NCBI GenBank assembly: GCA_013115145.1
Contig: JAAPAO010000397.1
Coordinates: 1 to 33,286, forward strand
DNA length: 33,286 bases
Direction: 5' to 3'
Origin: Perkinsus chesapeaki ATCC PRA-425
Taxonomy: Eukaryota > Protista > Perkinsozoa
Positions 1 to 12,016 of the stretch are shown in pieces; the first letter of the stretch is position 1; each line of letters starts with the position of its first letter. A model generated the notes under the pieces. It did no database searches and was not told the DNA's origin. It saw only the letters and a list, made by a program, of their open reading frames with translations. The position numbers and the translations under genes were made by a program.

Positions 1-704
1 CCGTCGGGCCGTTTCTCCTAGAGGGGCGGAGCGATGTAAAATATACAGTGACATTATCTTCATATGCCCTACACTTTCGATGTTGTGCCGTTCAACTTGT
101 AAGTACGGTCCGGATTGCGCTCATATAATAATGACTCTTGTTTCGTTTCTAACTCTGAATATCGTCAAATGAACACCATTATACATGAAAACTCTCCACA
201 GAGGCTCCACCGAACGGATCAATGAGTCACAGAGAGCTTCGTATAGCCGGTCACTGACCGGCGGTCAGTGGGGCTTGCGTGAAGCCAGTACTTTCAACGC
301 TCAACCTAAACCGTAAGTTTTGTGCCACGTATGACTCTGTAGTAGAGGGTCTCCATTACGAAGCTCGTATTAAAAAGCGTCACAACAGTAAGTGGCATTA
401 CCAACGAAAAAGCATCCCCGAGTTTGCTTGAATTGTCTCTGATATTTTTCGACAGATGATAATAACAGTGACTATCCAATGCATTTCCCCACCGGGCGTA
501 GTGCCAGACCGCAATGATAAGCGTAGAACCGAATTTAAAGGTTTTACGGGGAGCATGAGAAATTCTTCATGCTGAGATTTGCAGAATGCTGAGAAAGCAT
601 GAGATTCTTATTGAGAATCTCATGATGAGATATCCAATGAATGTTATTCATTCACTCAAAATGCAAAGTCAATTCATGAATCTCCAGTAGTTTTCGATAA
701 GAAA

Positions 705-945
705 CTAATTGCATCTCCTGAATCCCAAGTGTCTCCACTCACCAACATCCTCACACCACGATAGAAACCTTTTCACCTTAGGACTGGCCAAAGGACAGCC
801 CGGGATCTCATAAGTAGACCATCGGTGTAGGCATATCATAGAGTCAGTCATCACCAGGATCTTCGCCTTATCGTCGAAGTCAGACGCAAGGCCTGGACAC
901 GAGATTGGTCGAGTGGTTGGCCCAGCCTTGAATGGTGTAGGTATC
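705..945 (-). pseudogene. Open frame fragment, possibly a retroelement RNase H-like remnant
   Basis: Stop-free frame IPTPF...KILVMTDSMICLHRWSTYEIPG...EWRHLG with no start codon. The (I/V)xxxTDS motif resembles LTR-retrotransposon RNase H; weak, by eye only. Confidence 0.25.
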
Positions 946-1164
946 GTGTGTGTGTGTGAGTTTATAGTCCAACGCCGTAATTGGCTTAGTTAGACTATCC
1001 ATTCTATGTGCAGCTTCAGAGCGAGAGTTTAATACCTATACTGTTAGTGTCACTATAGGGTTTACCAAAAACGAATGTAACTAAATTTAGTCTCCAGAGA
1101 TCCTACCCCTCCTAGCAGAATTCACTTACGCAAACAAGGGCCTGTGTACAACTACCAAAACACA

Positions 1165-1942
1165 ATGGCTCCCAAGGTGCGAGACTACAAGATTCATCTC
1201 TAGGACTCGAAGTATTCAGTCTCGCCACACAGCTTCACTCGATCAGGCATCCCCATGAGCTCAGTAAGGCTGTGATGCTCTCAACCTCCATTCCGCAAGT
1301 GTCTAAAAAATATTTTCTCACAAAAGCTGGCGGCCGCTGCACATCGCTTCACACAAATTGCTATCTGCCCGAGAGGTATCGTGCTGCCAATCACAGATGC
1401 GACACAGGCAGACACGACGTTCAAAGGCCTGAGCTGTACTCTCATATTCAGATTCAAGTCGACGGGGCGTTCCGAAGGCGCGGTATCGGGATGAAGCTCG
1501 TGAGCAGCACACTGGCCAAAGTAGGTGTGCCTTAGCCTTCGCTTGCCTACTGCATTGTGGATTAAGCAGTGACGCACATTTTGAAAATGTCATTTTCAGA
1601 GTGAACATGTGTGATGATCACAATGTGATCGCAGACTCCCATTAATGTTGGCTTTAGGAGCCCGAATGCGAGCAGGCGTCTCAGGTTTAACTGAAGTTGT
1701 CTTGTAAAATGATCTGTCCAGGCACCTACGAGCACGCCGGACGTCCTTGCTATCGCCCTGGATGTTGATAAGATGAATAAAGGAGTGCAAACGCTTTATG
1801 AGAAGTTGGGATTTATCAATGTTCTGGGTACGCCGAGCGACAGAGGCGAAATCGAGTTGTGCAATTTACTCAGAAGAAAAAAACACCTACCTATTCGCCT
1901 ATTACTACAAGAAAAGAAGAACATCTCAAATTGAGAGTTTAA
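1165..1942 (+). CDS. GNAT-family N-acetyltransferase, spliced (copy 1; 5' exons approximate)
   Basis: Motif A IQVDGAFRRRGIGMKLV (about 1450-1505). A downstream exon after ...ctgtccag encodes motif B IALDVDKMNKGVQTLYEKLGF and ends at TAA 1940-1942. Confidence 0.75.
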
Positions 1943-3993
1943 ATCGGAATTGAAATTCTCAGTTCCGCGTATAAAGAAGCTTTATCTTTTAGGTGTTGAA
2001 AATGCCCGTACGAAAATGTCAGTCCTGTCTCAACTAACCATTTCAAAACAATCTAGGATATGTCAATCCTCGCCATTGACCGATTAGCCCCCCCGGTCTA
2101 ATCAGGAGCTATAAATAGTCGCTTTCTGGAACAAGTAAACCAAACGAGAGGTTTGAGTCCAGTAGTTAATACAAGTCAAGTCTCAGTGACGCTGAATTGC
2201 GTCACTAATTCAAGCTCTTGCTGAGCCAGCTGCCTTGTGAGCATTCCAACTCACTCTTGTGTGAGCAAAGCCAGTTGCGCTATCGCTTAAGAACATCACC
2301 TTTCCTGGAGGGTCTTCAGTGGAGACCCCACGGCGGGGAGGCCCTGTGCAATATCATTTATATGAAGGGCACTAACTCAACTTTGAGCTTACACTCTTAC
2401 GCACACCAACACCATCTCGTACTTTGCTGGTGGTGTATCGAAGAACAATGTGAATGTAAATGCTCCCCAAATAGGATTAACCTTTCTCGCAATGGTCTTG
2501 GTAAATATAGTGCCTAATGAGTCCAACACTACGATGATCTGAGCGAGCATGACCTCGTCGACCTTACAGTCTCGCTAGCAGCCCGTAAGGACTTAGCTGG
2601 TTTGCTGTAATTTAGATCGCATTGGGTTCGCGTCGTCTCGAGCGCTTCGAATGACCAGGGGATGCCCCAAATTGGGGCCCCCAATGCGTGTGACGAGTTC
2701 TGTGGCGACTCTTTGAGACTGAAGACGAAACTTTGATTGAATCATCCAAGATGATGAATACTCTAGCCTCGTCTGCAACCCAGTGCAAGCGGGCCATGTA
2801 TCCTCTCTGCTCCTTGTGATCCTATCAGTGCCTGCTTAGCTGGTTCTAAGGCTCCAGTGACACGAATTGTACTGCTCTAGCTTAGACAAACTAAATTACT
2901 TAATTTTCGGCGTGCAACCTTCTCTGAAGGTCCACGAAGATTGGGAAGCTGCAGAGACTGAATTGTGCTGAATTCAGCAGAAGACTTTTTGCATAGAATC
3001 ATGAGACAAAATCTGACATTGGCACATCCAACGTACAAATCTCGCCCACCCGGCAATGCTCTTACGATAAGAGTCTTATCCAAATTGGCGAGATTATTTG
3101 TGTGCTTAAAGCACAGTGCTTTCCAACATGGAGTAGTCTATGTGTTTAATACTCTCGCGTTCCACCCCAGATACAGCATCGACCAATTGCTGTTGTGATC
3201 AAACGCATCTCAGCCATACTGCTGAGCGACAGCAGTATGCTAAGTCATACTCGCAGATGTAAACTATCCTATACCCTACATCGTACACTATTGGTTATTC
3301 CGCCAAGCCAATTATTAGTTCGAAGGGTCGATGGTATATTAAACGTGTAAGTTGAAATGCACTCCAATCCCGTTGCTCGTCTTCACTGCTATGGCTCGGC
3401 GTCTTCGGGATTTAGGGTGCGCAGGTTGACCAGCCCAGACTCACTCGGCACCCTGCCCATAGGCTCACCATGACACGGTGACCGTGCCGGTTTCACCTGC
3501 CACCGGGTTCGGCAGGGTGTCTGGCAGTTCAGGACGCCATTGTCCTACCGGACATCCGCACTGTGACCGAGCATGCCGATGAAATGGATACAAGAGTAAT
3601 ATAAGTATACGAGAAACTGCGGTTGACCAACGTAGTGTGAAGACTCTTCACTAAAGAGAACATGGAAGGTAAGCTCGAGTTACTTTCCCCAGAAAAGGAT
3701 ATCACACTAAGCGTCTCAGCACATCGGGAAAATGCAGGAAACCTGTTGCAGCTGTAATTGTGCTTTGGGGTGAGCATCTACCTATAACATCACATATTTG
3801 GGTTCTATGTGTTTTTCTCCTGTAGATGCGTAAGAGCGTAGGTCCAGGCATTTCCCGCCATTTCGGACAAACTTGTAACGTACATCGTGCCATATCATCC
3901 TTGAAATAGAATAGGCTGTATATTTGCTTCATTGACCAACAAATGAAACTAAGGCTCATTGAACGGTATATATGATACTCTACAAACCCCTAG
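1374..3993. repeat. Tandem segmental duplication, unit 1
   Basis: Colinear, high similarity to 5057-7161 from aggtatcgtgctgcc to ctctacaaacccctag. Near-identical over 1.4-2.6 kb, patchier with indels further right. Confidence 0.95.
2200..3861 (-). CDS. Hypothetical multi-exon protein (copy 1; 3' end approximate)
   Basis: Spliced frame AKSLRAASET|IIVVLDSLGTIFTKTIARKVNPIWGAFTFTLFFDTPPAKYEMVLV across a 29-nt GT-AG intron is conserved in both copies. Both copies have an MAGN start (3861 and 7060). Confidence 0.5.
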
Positions 3994-4608
3994 CCTAGGC
4001 GCCGGTAATAGCAGATAGATGGAAAGAGGTTTCTGAAATCATTGCTGTGTGCCCTAGCGCTAGGGATGTTTTTGTACTTTTGAATATGTTGAACACTTTA
4101 ATTCAAAGTCTTCGAGTCGATTGGTGTTTGTTTTAACACCAGTGTGAGAACGCGATGTGAGACGACTACACAACATATCGCATTTTATTCGATATGCACT
4201 TCGCGTAGACCCGTTTACAGGTAAAACCGGTGCAACTCTACTGTATCGGTTGGGTACACTCTCTTTGCCTATGATATTACACCTGAACTCGCAAAGGCTT
4301 GCTACGTTAACACGGAATCAGCTACGCACGTATGTACAATGGAGCGGGCGGCGCATAATGAATAACACAAGCATAGATCATCGATGATAGATAGGCTCCA
4401 TGAGAGTGACCCTTCCAGAGCCCACCGGGCGCAAGGCGTGGTGTCCACTATGATAAACAAATGGAAAAACCAGACTGGTAAGTTGCTAACTCATCACAAT
4501 GCCATCAAAGGCACACGGAATGCCTGTGTCTATGGCGCTATGGAGCTCCGAACTGCGCCCTCCGCTGAGCTTCACTGCCTGGAGTAGCCTACATGTCTCA
4601 ATTCTGAG

Positions 4609-5040
4609 ATGAGGATCGAAACCTCCTTACTCCTTTTATCCACCCTCGTCGCGCTCTCGGCCTCCGACAAGATCTCATACCGGGACTATCAAAAAGGTGA
4701 TGTATTCCCCGGTACATTCTTCGGGGGTGACTGTAAACACAAACAAGGAGTCCCTTGCTACGTAGCTGTTAATCTCGAGGCGGGACCGCATGTAAGATAC
4801 ACATCGGGTTCATTCTGGACTCCTAGCTCAGGCAGTGATTGGTTACGTCTCTATGGAACTGCCGCATAAGTTGGAGCCGAAAGAAGAGAACGCTGTGAGG
4901 GCAAATATGTAAGAGAGGGGTGTTTCGTTCTGGGGACTGGCTCATTAAGTTGCACCATGACTTACTTCAACAGAGGCTCCCTATTCCAGGTCGGATCCGA
5001 AGAAGAAAGGACGCTTCGGTTATATAGAGCAAGTACGTGA
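4609..5040 (+). CDS. Putative secreted Cys-containing two-module protein with in-frame TAA at 4867-4869 (possible pseudogene)
   Basis: Hydrophobic N-terminus MRIETSLLLLSTLVALSAS. The frame continues past the single TAA to TGA at 5038-5040 with a second module similar to the first (C..C(Y/F)V...Y..GS..LRLY). Confidence 0.4.
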
Positions 5041-5056
5041 CCAGTGATTCTTATCT

Positions 5057-5597
5057 AGGTATCGTGCTGCCAATCACAGACGCGACACAGGCAGATACGA
5101 CTTCCAAAGGCCTGAGCTGTGCTCTCATCTTCAGGTTGAAGTCGACGGAGCGTTCCAAAGGCGCGGTATAGGGTCGAGGCTCGTGAGCGACACACTGGCC
5201 AAAGTAGGTGTGCCTAAGCCTTTGCTTGCCCACTGCATTGTGAATTAAGCAGTGACACACATTGTCACAGTGAGCTTGTGGGATCGTAGAATCACATTAA
5301 TGTTGGCTTTAGGAGCCCGAATGCGAGCAGGCGCCTCAGGTTTGAATCAGGTTGTCTTGTAAAATGATCTGTCCAGGCCCCTACGAGCACGCCGGACGTC
5401 CTTGCTGTCGCCCTGGAAGTTGATAAGATGAATAAAGGAGCGCAAGCGCTCTATGAGAAGTTGGGATTTATCAATGTTCTGGGTACGCCGAGCGACAGAG
5501 GTGAAATCGAGTTGTGCAATTTCCTCAGAAGAAGAAAACACCTACCTATTCGCCTATTACTACAAGAAAAGAAGAGCATCTCAAATTGAGAGTTTAA
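5057..5597 (+). CDS. GNAT acetyltransferase paralog (copy 2, lacks the copy-1 5' region)
   Basis: VEVDGAFQRRGIGSRLV and VALEVDKMNKGAQALYEKLGF. A 1-nt deletion near the C-terminus relative to copy 1 (cgcctatt vs cgccttatt). Confidence 0.65.
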
Positions 5598-5869
5598 ATC
5601 GGAATTGAAATTCTCAGTTCCGCGTATAAAGAAGCTTTATCTTTCAGGTGTTGAAAATGCCCGTACGAAAATGTCAGTCCTGTCTCAACTAACCATTTCA
5701 AAACAATCTATGATATGTCAATCCTCGCCATTGACCGACTAGCCCCCCGGTCTAATCAGGAGCTATAAATAGTCGCTGTCTGAAGCGAGTAAACCAAACG
5801 AGAGGTTTGAGTCCAGTAGTTGATACAAATCAAGGCTCAGTCACGCTGAATTGCGTAACTAATTCAAGC

Positions 5870-7060
5870 TCTTGCTGAGCCAGCTGCCTTGTGAGCGTTC
5901 CACTCACTCGTGTGTGAGCAAAGCCAGTTGCGCTATCGCGTAAGAACATCACCTTTCCTGGAGAGTCTTCAGTGGAGACCCCACGGCGGGGAGGCCCAGC
6001 ATAATATCATTTATATGAAGGGCACTAACTCAAGTTTGAGCTTACACTCTTACGCAAACCAACACTATCTCGTACTTTGCTGGTCGTGTATCGAAGAACA
6101 ATGCGAATGTAAATGCTCCCCAAATAGAATTAACCTTTCTCGCAATGGTCGTGGTAAATATAGTGCCTAATGAGTCCAACACTACGATGATCTGAGCGAG
6201 CATGTCCTCGTCGACCTTACCGTCTCGCTAGCAGCCCGTAAGGACTTAGCTGGATCGCTGTAATCTGTAACGAATGGAGTCCGCCTCGACTCGAGCGCGT
6301 CGGATGCACAGTGGACGCCCCAATGCGTGTGACGAGCTCTTTGTGGCGAATCTTTGAGACTGAAGACAGAACGTGGCTTTGTATAGTAGACTGAATTATG
6401 CAATATGATGAAAACTCTAACCTCGTCTGCAACCCAGTGCAAGTAGGCGATGCATCCTCTCTGCTCCTTGTCATCCTATTAGTGTCTGAGCGATATTGCT
6501 TACCTAGTTCTAAGGCTCAAAGAACAGGAACTGTATTGCTCTCGCAGACGCTACCTGAGTTCCTCAATTTTCGGCGCGCAACTTTCTCCGAAGGCTCGCG
6601 TAGGTTGGGAAGCTCCAGAGACTGAATCGGGCGGATCTCAGTAGAAGATTTTATGAATGGATTCATGTCACAAAATCTGACATTGGTACATCCTTCATGA
6701 GTGAGAATCTCTCCCACCCGGCAGCTCCCCAAATGCAGATAGCGCGGAACAAACACACTGCCACCATGGCGGGAATGGCAAAAGAGGAACTAAACCTCGG
6801 TGGCCAGTCACAGTCTAGCCGGCTGACCAGCCACGCTGCTCAGCGGTATGATAAGTGATACTCGCAGGCATGATGTCCCTGTGCGAGAGTGACTTACGTA
6901 GTCGCTGAATTGGCCACCTTGAACGCGAAAAGGATTTCTGAAAAGTATAGAGGCAATCGTGCCCGGGTGTGCGCATCTGTCCAAACCATTCATATATTTG
7001 AAATCTATGTGTTATCCTATCCAAATGCCTAAGAGCATAGGGCGAGACGTTCCCCGCCAT
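5870..7060 (-). CDS. Hypothetical multi-exon protein (copy 2; 3' end approximate)
   Basis: Paralog of 2200-3861 with conserved frames, e.g. PIQSLELPNLREPSEKVARRKL and PAKSLRAASET. Confidence 0.5.
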
Positions 7061-7319
7061 CTCCTACTGCCACTTTCGGACTGGCTGTATATTTGCTTCA
7101 TTGACCAACAAATAAACAGAGACTCATTGAAAGGTATGTATGATACTCTACAAACCCCTAGGTTTAGTCGGGGGTCGGAAGGCAACTTTAGGCGCAGGTG
7201 CTCCAATAGTCTTTCCTGGCTGTGCCGACTTCCGGCACGCCCCTTCAGATGCCGCCAACGCGCAAAATGCCAGCGCAGGAGATTCGTTGTACAGTCGAGG
7301 CTGAGCAGAGAGTATGATA

Positions 7320-10300
7320 CTATCCATTATACGGCATGCGTACGTTTGTGTACTGCTCGGTAGGAACTGAGACATCCTCGTCCTCGGCGGCATCATTTCC
7401 ACGATTGCGGACCTGATTATGGAAACACACCTCGGCGAGAGTGATAGTCGCGGCGATTTCACGTGTTTGGTTTGATTTCTCCTCGGGAGTCAGACTGCAG
7501 TACTCTGATCGAAGCTTGCATTTACCGTCGCAAACTCACCCCAGAAAGGTCCTTCATTAGAGGCTGAATGTTCTTAGTGGACAAGTACAGCGATTCATCA
7601 CCACCGCAGCTCTCCTTCAGCGATCGCTCAGCATTAATGCGGGTGGCTGCAAGCCTGAAAATGCAAGCGGTCGCGATCGTCATTAATCTCCCTGTCAAGA
7701 TCGACATAGAACCTGTCTTACTTCTCACGCTTTTCCCGCCATACCGCGTGGAGGTCTTTCAGGAGCTGGGAGTTGGGATTGAGCAAGGTCTGAACTTCAG
7801 GCCAGGAAGTTACCTAACATTCATTTCACTATTAACAATTCCCTAACAAAAGCGAACCTGCCATATTTCTGGAGTCGACGGATCTGCCGGGTGACTGAGC
7901 AGGAACTCGCGGAAGTCATCGCGTGCCTGCGACCAGGGCATAGAATGGCCAATCCTAGATAATGATATTCAAAGTTCGGTACTTGTTGCGCTGCTGGACT
8001 GTCATCAGGTAGGAAGTTTTCGGCTATCGTGTAAACGGGACTCCGACTTGGCACCTAACACAGCCCCCTCATCACATACCGTACGATTCTACAGCCAAAT
8101 TCGAGCATAACATCTGTACCGTTCGTATATAGAATGCGAACGAGCAGCAGGAAATTTCGGGACATTTCAGGTCAAGTTGTATCACGCACGACGTACGCTC
8201 GATGCTCGGTAAGGCTTCTCCAAAACTCACTAGACTCCAGCAAGCGAGCTTCGTGCCGAATATTGCACAGTTGGTTATTGCGATACTAGAGCGATGAATT
8301 CGGTTATTTTCCCGACGAGGAAGCTACGTGAGACACTTTGCTTTTTTTCTACTAAAAAATAGACTTCATGTAAAATTCTAGTGGTCGAAAACGCCTCGCC
8401 TCACCAGAGTGTTCGTCACTCTCAAGCGCCGGAACATTCTGTTCAACCAGTTAAGATAGAATAAGTAAGTGTCGAGATGCGAGCCACTGTGGATCCACAT
8501 ACCTGACCAAGAAAGTGCCTCACACACATTCTTAAATAAATGCTCACATGAACCTCCTGGCTTGAGAAAATCGAGCATTAAAAGAAATTGGTTTCTACAA
8601 ACTTCTATGGACTTTCTGGCAGTTATGTAAGGGTCGTCATCTCTATCGCACTGCCCAACATCAATAACAACACCTGACACCAATACCGTGCACTATAACT
8701 CACACAATTCCTGTCTATCGCACAATTCTTGTGCCACGGTATGACTAGCTCTCTTTACTCGTCATATTCTACTTATTACTCACTCTCTCTATTGCCCTAT
8801 CTCGTCAACTATGAGCCCAATCTATAATTGTTGTGTTACGACTACGATGCCCTTAACGAGATAGTGCAACCGTTAATACCAGTTACCCATTATCCTATAT
8901 AAGACTTGTATGTTAGGCTTATATCTGAAATCGCTATAGCACCACTTCTAGAAAGTGAAGCTGTCTCTCTCTATAACGCAAATACCACTGCCAGGCATTC
9001 TCTGGTATCATCATCGCCACCCACACACCAGGCCGTCTCGCGCAGATAGGAGGTGGGAAGTTCGCATATATGAGGAAGTTCCTCAGAGGACCGCTATTGT
9101 ATATGGATCGGTCAACCACATAGCAATAATTTTATTGGTCATGTTAGACTGGTCATGTTGGCTTTCTCCGATGAGATAGCCCTACCCATCACAGCACCGC
9201 GCCACAATCAACTCTCGACATTCTTTTCGAGTGAGAATTCAGCAAGCACAGTGCTGACATGGTGAAGTGGCAAACACAGGTGATGATGATGCTACCGTGG
9301 GTTTCGGAGACATGGGACAATCTGTAATGTTCTGTTGTGATAAATGAATGTCGAATACTAAATATTACGAGATGAATCATAACGCATCTTTTATGCAACG
9401 ATTGGTCTATACTTTCTCCCCTCGGCGAGTCAAATGATCAAAACTCACCCAAATTGATGAAGTCCAAGGAATGTTTCTTGAACCCGCGCTCCTCCAGTGC
9501 CTCAGATATCTTCTTGTATGATTCGCTGTCAGCCAGATTGGCACACTCGAAATCTAGGGATGCATTATGGTATCTCATTTCCAGGCCTGAGCAGTGGGGC
9601 AATCTACCGCCGGGAGAAACACTATCGCATCATATGCTGGGAAATTGATATGCTCCCCTTAGCGACGAATCCCCGACGCGATTTAAATGGACAAATCCCA
9701 CAAGCAGCTCACCTCCATCTTCTGGTGCTAGGGAGAACGCATGGCCCTTGGTCCAGTGGAGAAAGCTAAGCAAAAATTTACCTAACAAAAACCAAGTGTG
9801 TCAAGAGTGACCGCGAGATACTCCCTACTCATCCCGCCTGGAGCCGAGCCTATATCAACGAAAGACTTTATATCTCCAGATGCAGGCGGCAACTTGACGA
9901 AAACCTCCGGGCACATATGTGGCAGACGGCCTCTGATAGGACAGGGAGTATCATCCAAGCCGTGTAGCGCTGAGCCTACCTGTAGAACTCAAAGTACTTC
10001 TTCTCCTCGGGTGTGAATCTAACCCGAGTGGCCTTCTCGGAGCCCAGCTCTTGATCTTGGAAGTTCTTCTTCCGTCTCTCCCATAGCAGCGTCACGGCTC
10101 TCGATTGCCATCTGAATGCAACGATCGGCTTAACGTCATAGACAATGACATTCCACTACAGTACGTAACTATCACCGAAAAAGGCTTCCTCAGTTCCTAG
10201 GCGTCGAGATATAGAATGACTTGCTGTTCTATATTCATAAAATAGGCAATTCCCGGGGGTGCAGCAGCACTGTACAATACACTGTACAGGTTACAGTAAC

Positions 10301-11352
10301 CTGTATAATAATGCTCTGAATATTTGATAGTAAATACCTAAGGTTGATAGAGTGCATCGAAAGGAATGCTATATATAATATTTTACACTTCGACTCTCTC
10401 TACGATATGTTTTTTGTAGCGTCATAGCAGCTTGCTTCGGGTTTAGGGACCGCCGCTGCCGCCCGACGAGGAACATGGTTTTGCGTGAGACCCACTGAGT
10501 CGCGACGATATACGGAATGGGTCACTTCATATTCCCCCACGAGTTTGCAGTTCCACAAATGCTTACCCGAGTTCCTTCTCATCGCACAGGTCACGGAACT
10601 CCGGATCATTGTCCTTCAATACGACCTCAATCTTCTCCCTGCCGAGGGCCCTATCAGAACAAGAAGAGTTACTCGACCATCACAGTGGTACTGAGCTGCA
10701 GGTAGTACTAAAGTTGGATTTAAAATGCATGAAGGAACGTATTAAGCATCGAAGATAGGCAGTGGGCTTCATAATAAATTGCCGGGGAATTGGGTTATAG
10801 GAGAGAGTATTACACTGGAGTAAGCTATTTTCACTTCTGGTAGTGCTATGAGACATATATAGTTCATGAATAATGAGGTAAAGTGAAGTGAAGCACAGTC
10901 GTGTTCTAATTGGGCTGAGATGGGACAAATCCTCGTAAAAAATAAAATCACCGCAAGTAGTATACAAAACAGTCCGCATTCATGAATGCTTTTGCTCCAC
11001 ACAAGACGGACGGGTCCCAACCCTACAGAGAGCCCATCACTCATGGGCCCTCTGTAGATTAGTCGCAGTATTTTAAGCAGATTATCTCCTGTTAGGCGTA
11101 AAGGTTCCGGAACAGCTAGAGCCGCTGTTGAGCGAAGTGCATGCTATTAGTGCATCCCAATCTAAAGTGCCATAGGACTTGCAAACGGCTAACCTACCAC
11201 ACAGTGTCTCTCGAGTCCCTTTTCTCGTGGTCATCTTTGTCGTCTTTAACCGAGGACCCACCAGTGCCAGCCAGCCCGCTCATGTGGCTGGACATAGAGG
11301 CCAGTGAAGGGGAGGTGTCCTTTACGCCTGCAGCATGTTTAGCAGGAGGCAT
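7320..11352 (-). CDS. FtsJ/RrmJ-like SAM-dependent (2'-O-ribose) RNA methyltransferase, multi-exon (ends approximate)
   Basis: Hand-spliced chain PEFRDLCDEKELG|WQSR...SFVDIGSAPGGMS (9833-9856)|KFLLS...GHAFSLAPEDGG|...DFINLG|VVIDVG...FLKPGGS|...MFRRLRVTNTL|VPSRSPVYTIAENF. This recovers the FtsJ-family DxGxAPGG, LKPGG and terminal SR..Y motifs. Long introns at 8055-8404, 8674-9448 and 10112-10566. Confidence 0.8.
8689..8868. mobile_element. 180-bp solo-LTR-like element (TG...CA, 8-bp terminal inverted repeat, 4-bp TSD) in a methyltransferase intron
   Basis: ACCG|TGCACTAT ... ATAGTGCA|ACCG. A second, highly similar copy lies at 26208-26403. Confidence 0.75.
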
Positions 11353-12016
11353 AGTAAACAACACTTAAGTAGAAATGTACGAAGTGAATGGGTTACAACG
11401 GAGACTAACACTTGGTTATCGCCCGAGCCAATGATCGAAAATTAAAGTACGCGCAACCCTTAACTACTGCTCACATCTATTATAAAATATCAATAACACT
11501 ATTTTCCATTGAGCAGGATCCTCTTTCAGCGGTCGGCTAGTAGTCAGCTACGCTGCAAACAGTATTGCTGGAGTATCCAAAATGGCGTGCCATTCAATTG
11601 GGCATCGGTGTACACCAAATGGTGTAAAGTAAGCAGCATAAATTTTGTAAAGTATTTGAAATAGTCATAAGAAAGCATAGCCAGGCATCGACTCAAACAG
11701 TGGGAGCACAGTCCATTTCTATATAAATACTAACTATATTTATAATGAATATATTAACTAATTACTAATTACTTTAACTGATAGTCAATTAGTTATTTGA
11801 CATTATTATTGTCAAAGCACGGCCTTGATTTATTATTAGTTATTCGCCCGCTTCGTAGCCTTGTTAAAATTGCATACCGTATTGCCCATAACGCGACACC
11901 AAGCGGTTTGAATTTTCGGTTTGACTTCTTTTACAGATTGAAGTGTTATTATTCTCGTGGCCGGAGGACGCCCGAGTACTATATATGAAACATCTGGTTG
12001 ACAATAAAGGTTACAA

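Larger units (their letters stand above)
5057..7161. repeat. Tandem segmental duplication, unit 2 (about 0.5 kb shorter than unit 1)
   Basis: Direct alignment by eye to 1374-3993; left-end offset 3683 bp. Confidence 0.95.

Noticed and set aside
8311-8322. HDV-like ribozyme, suggested by the L3-like TCCTCGT on the minus strand (also 10462-10473)
   Set aside because: Flanking bases cannot form the 3-bp P3 helix, and no P1/P2 pseudoknot partners were found.
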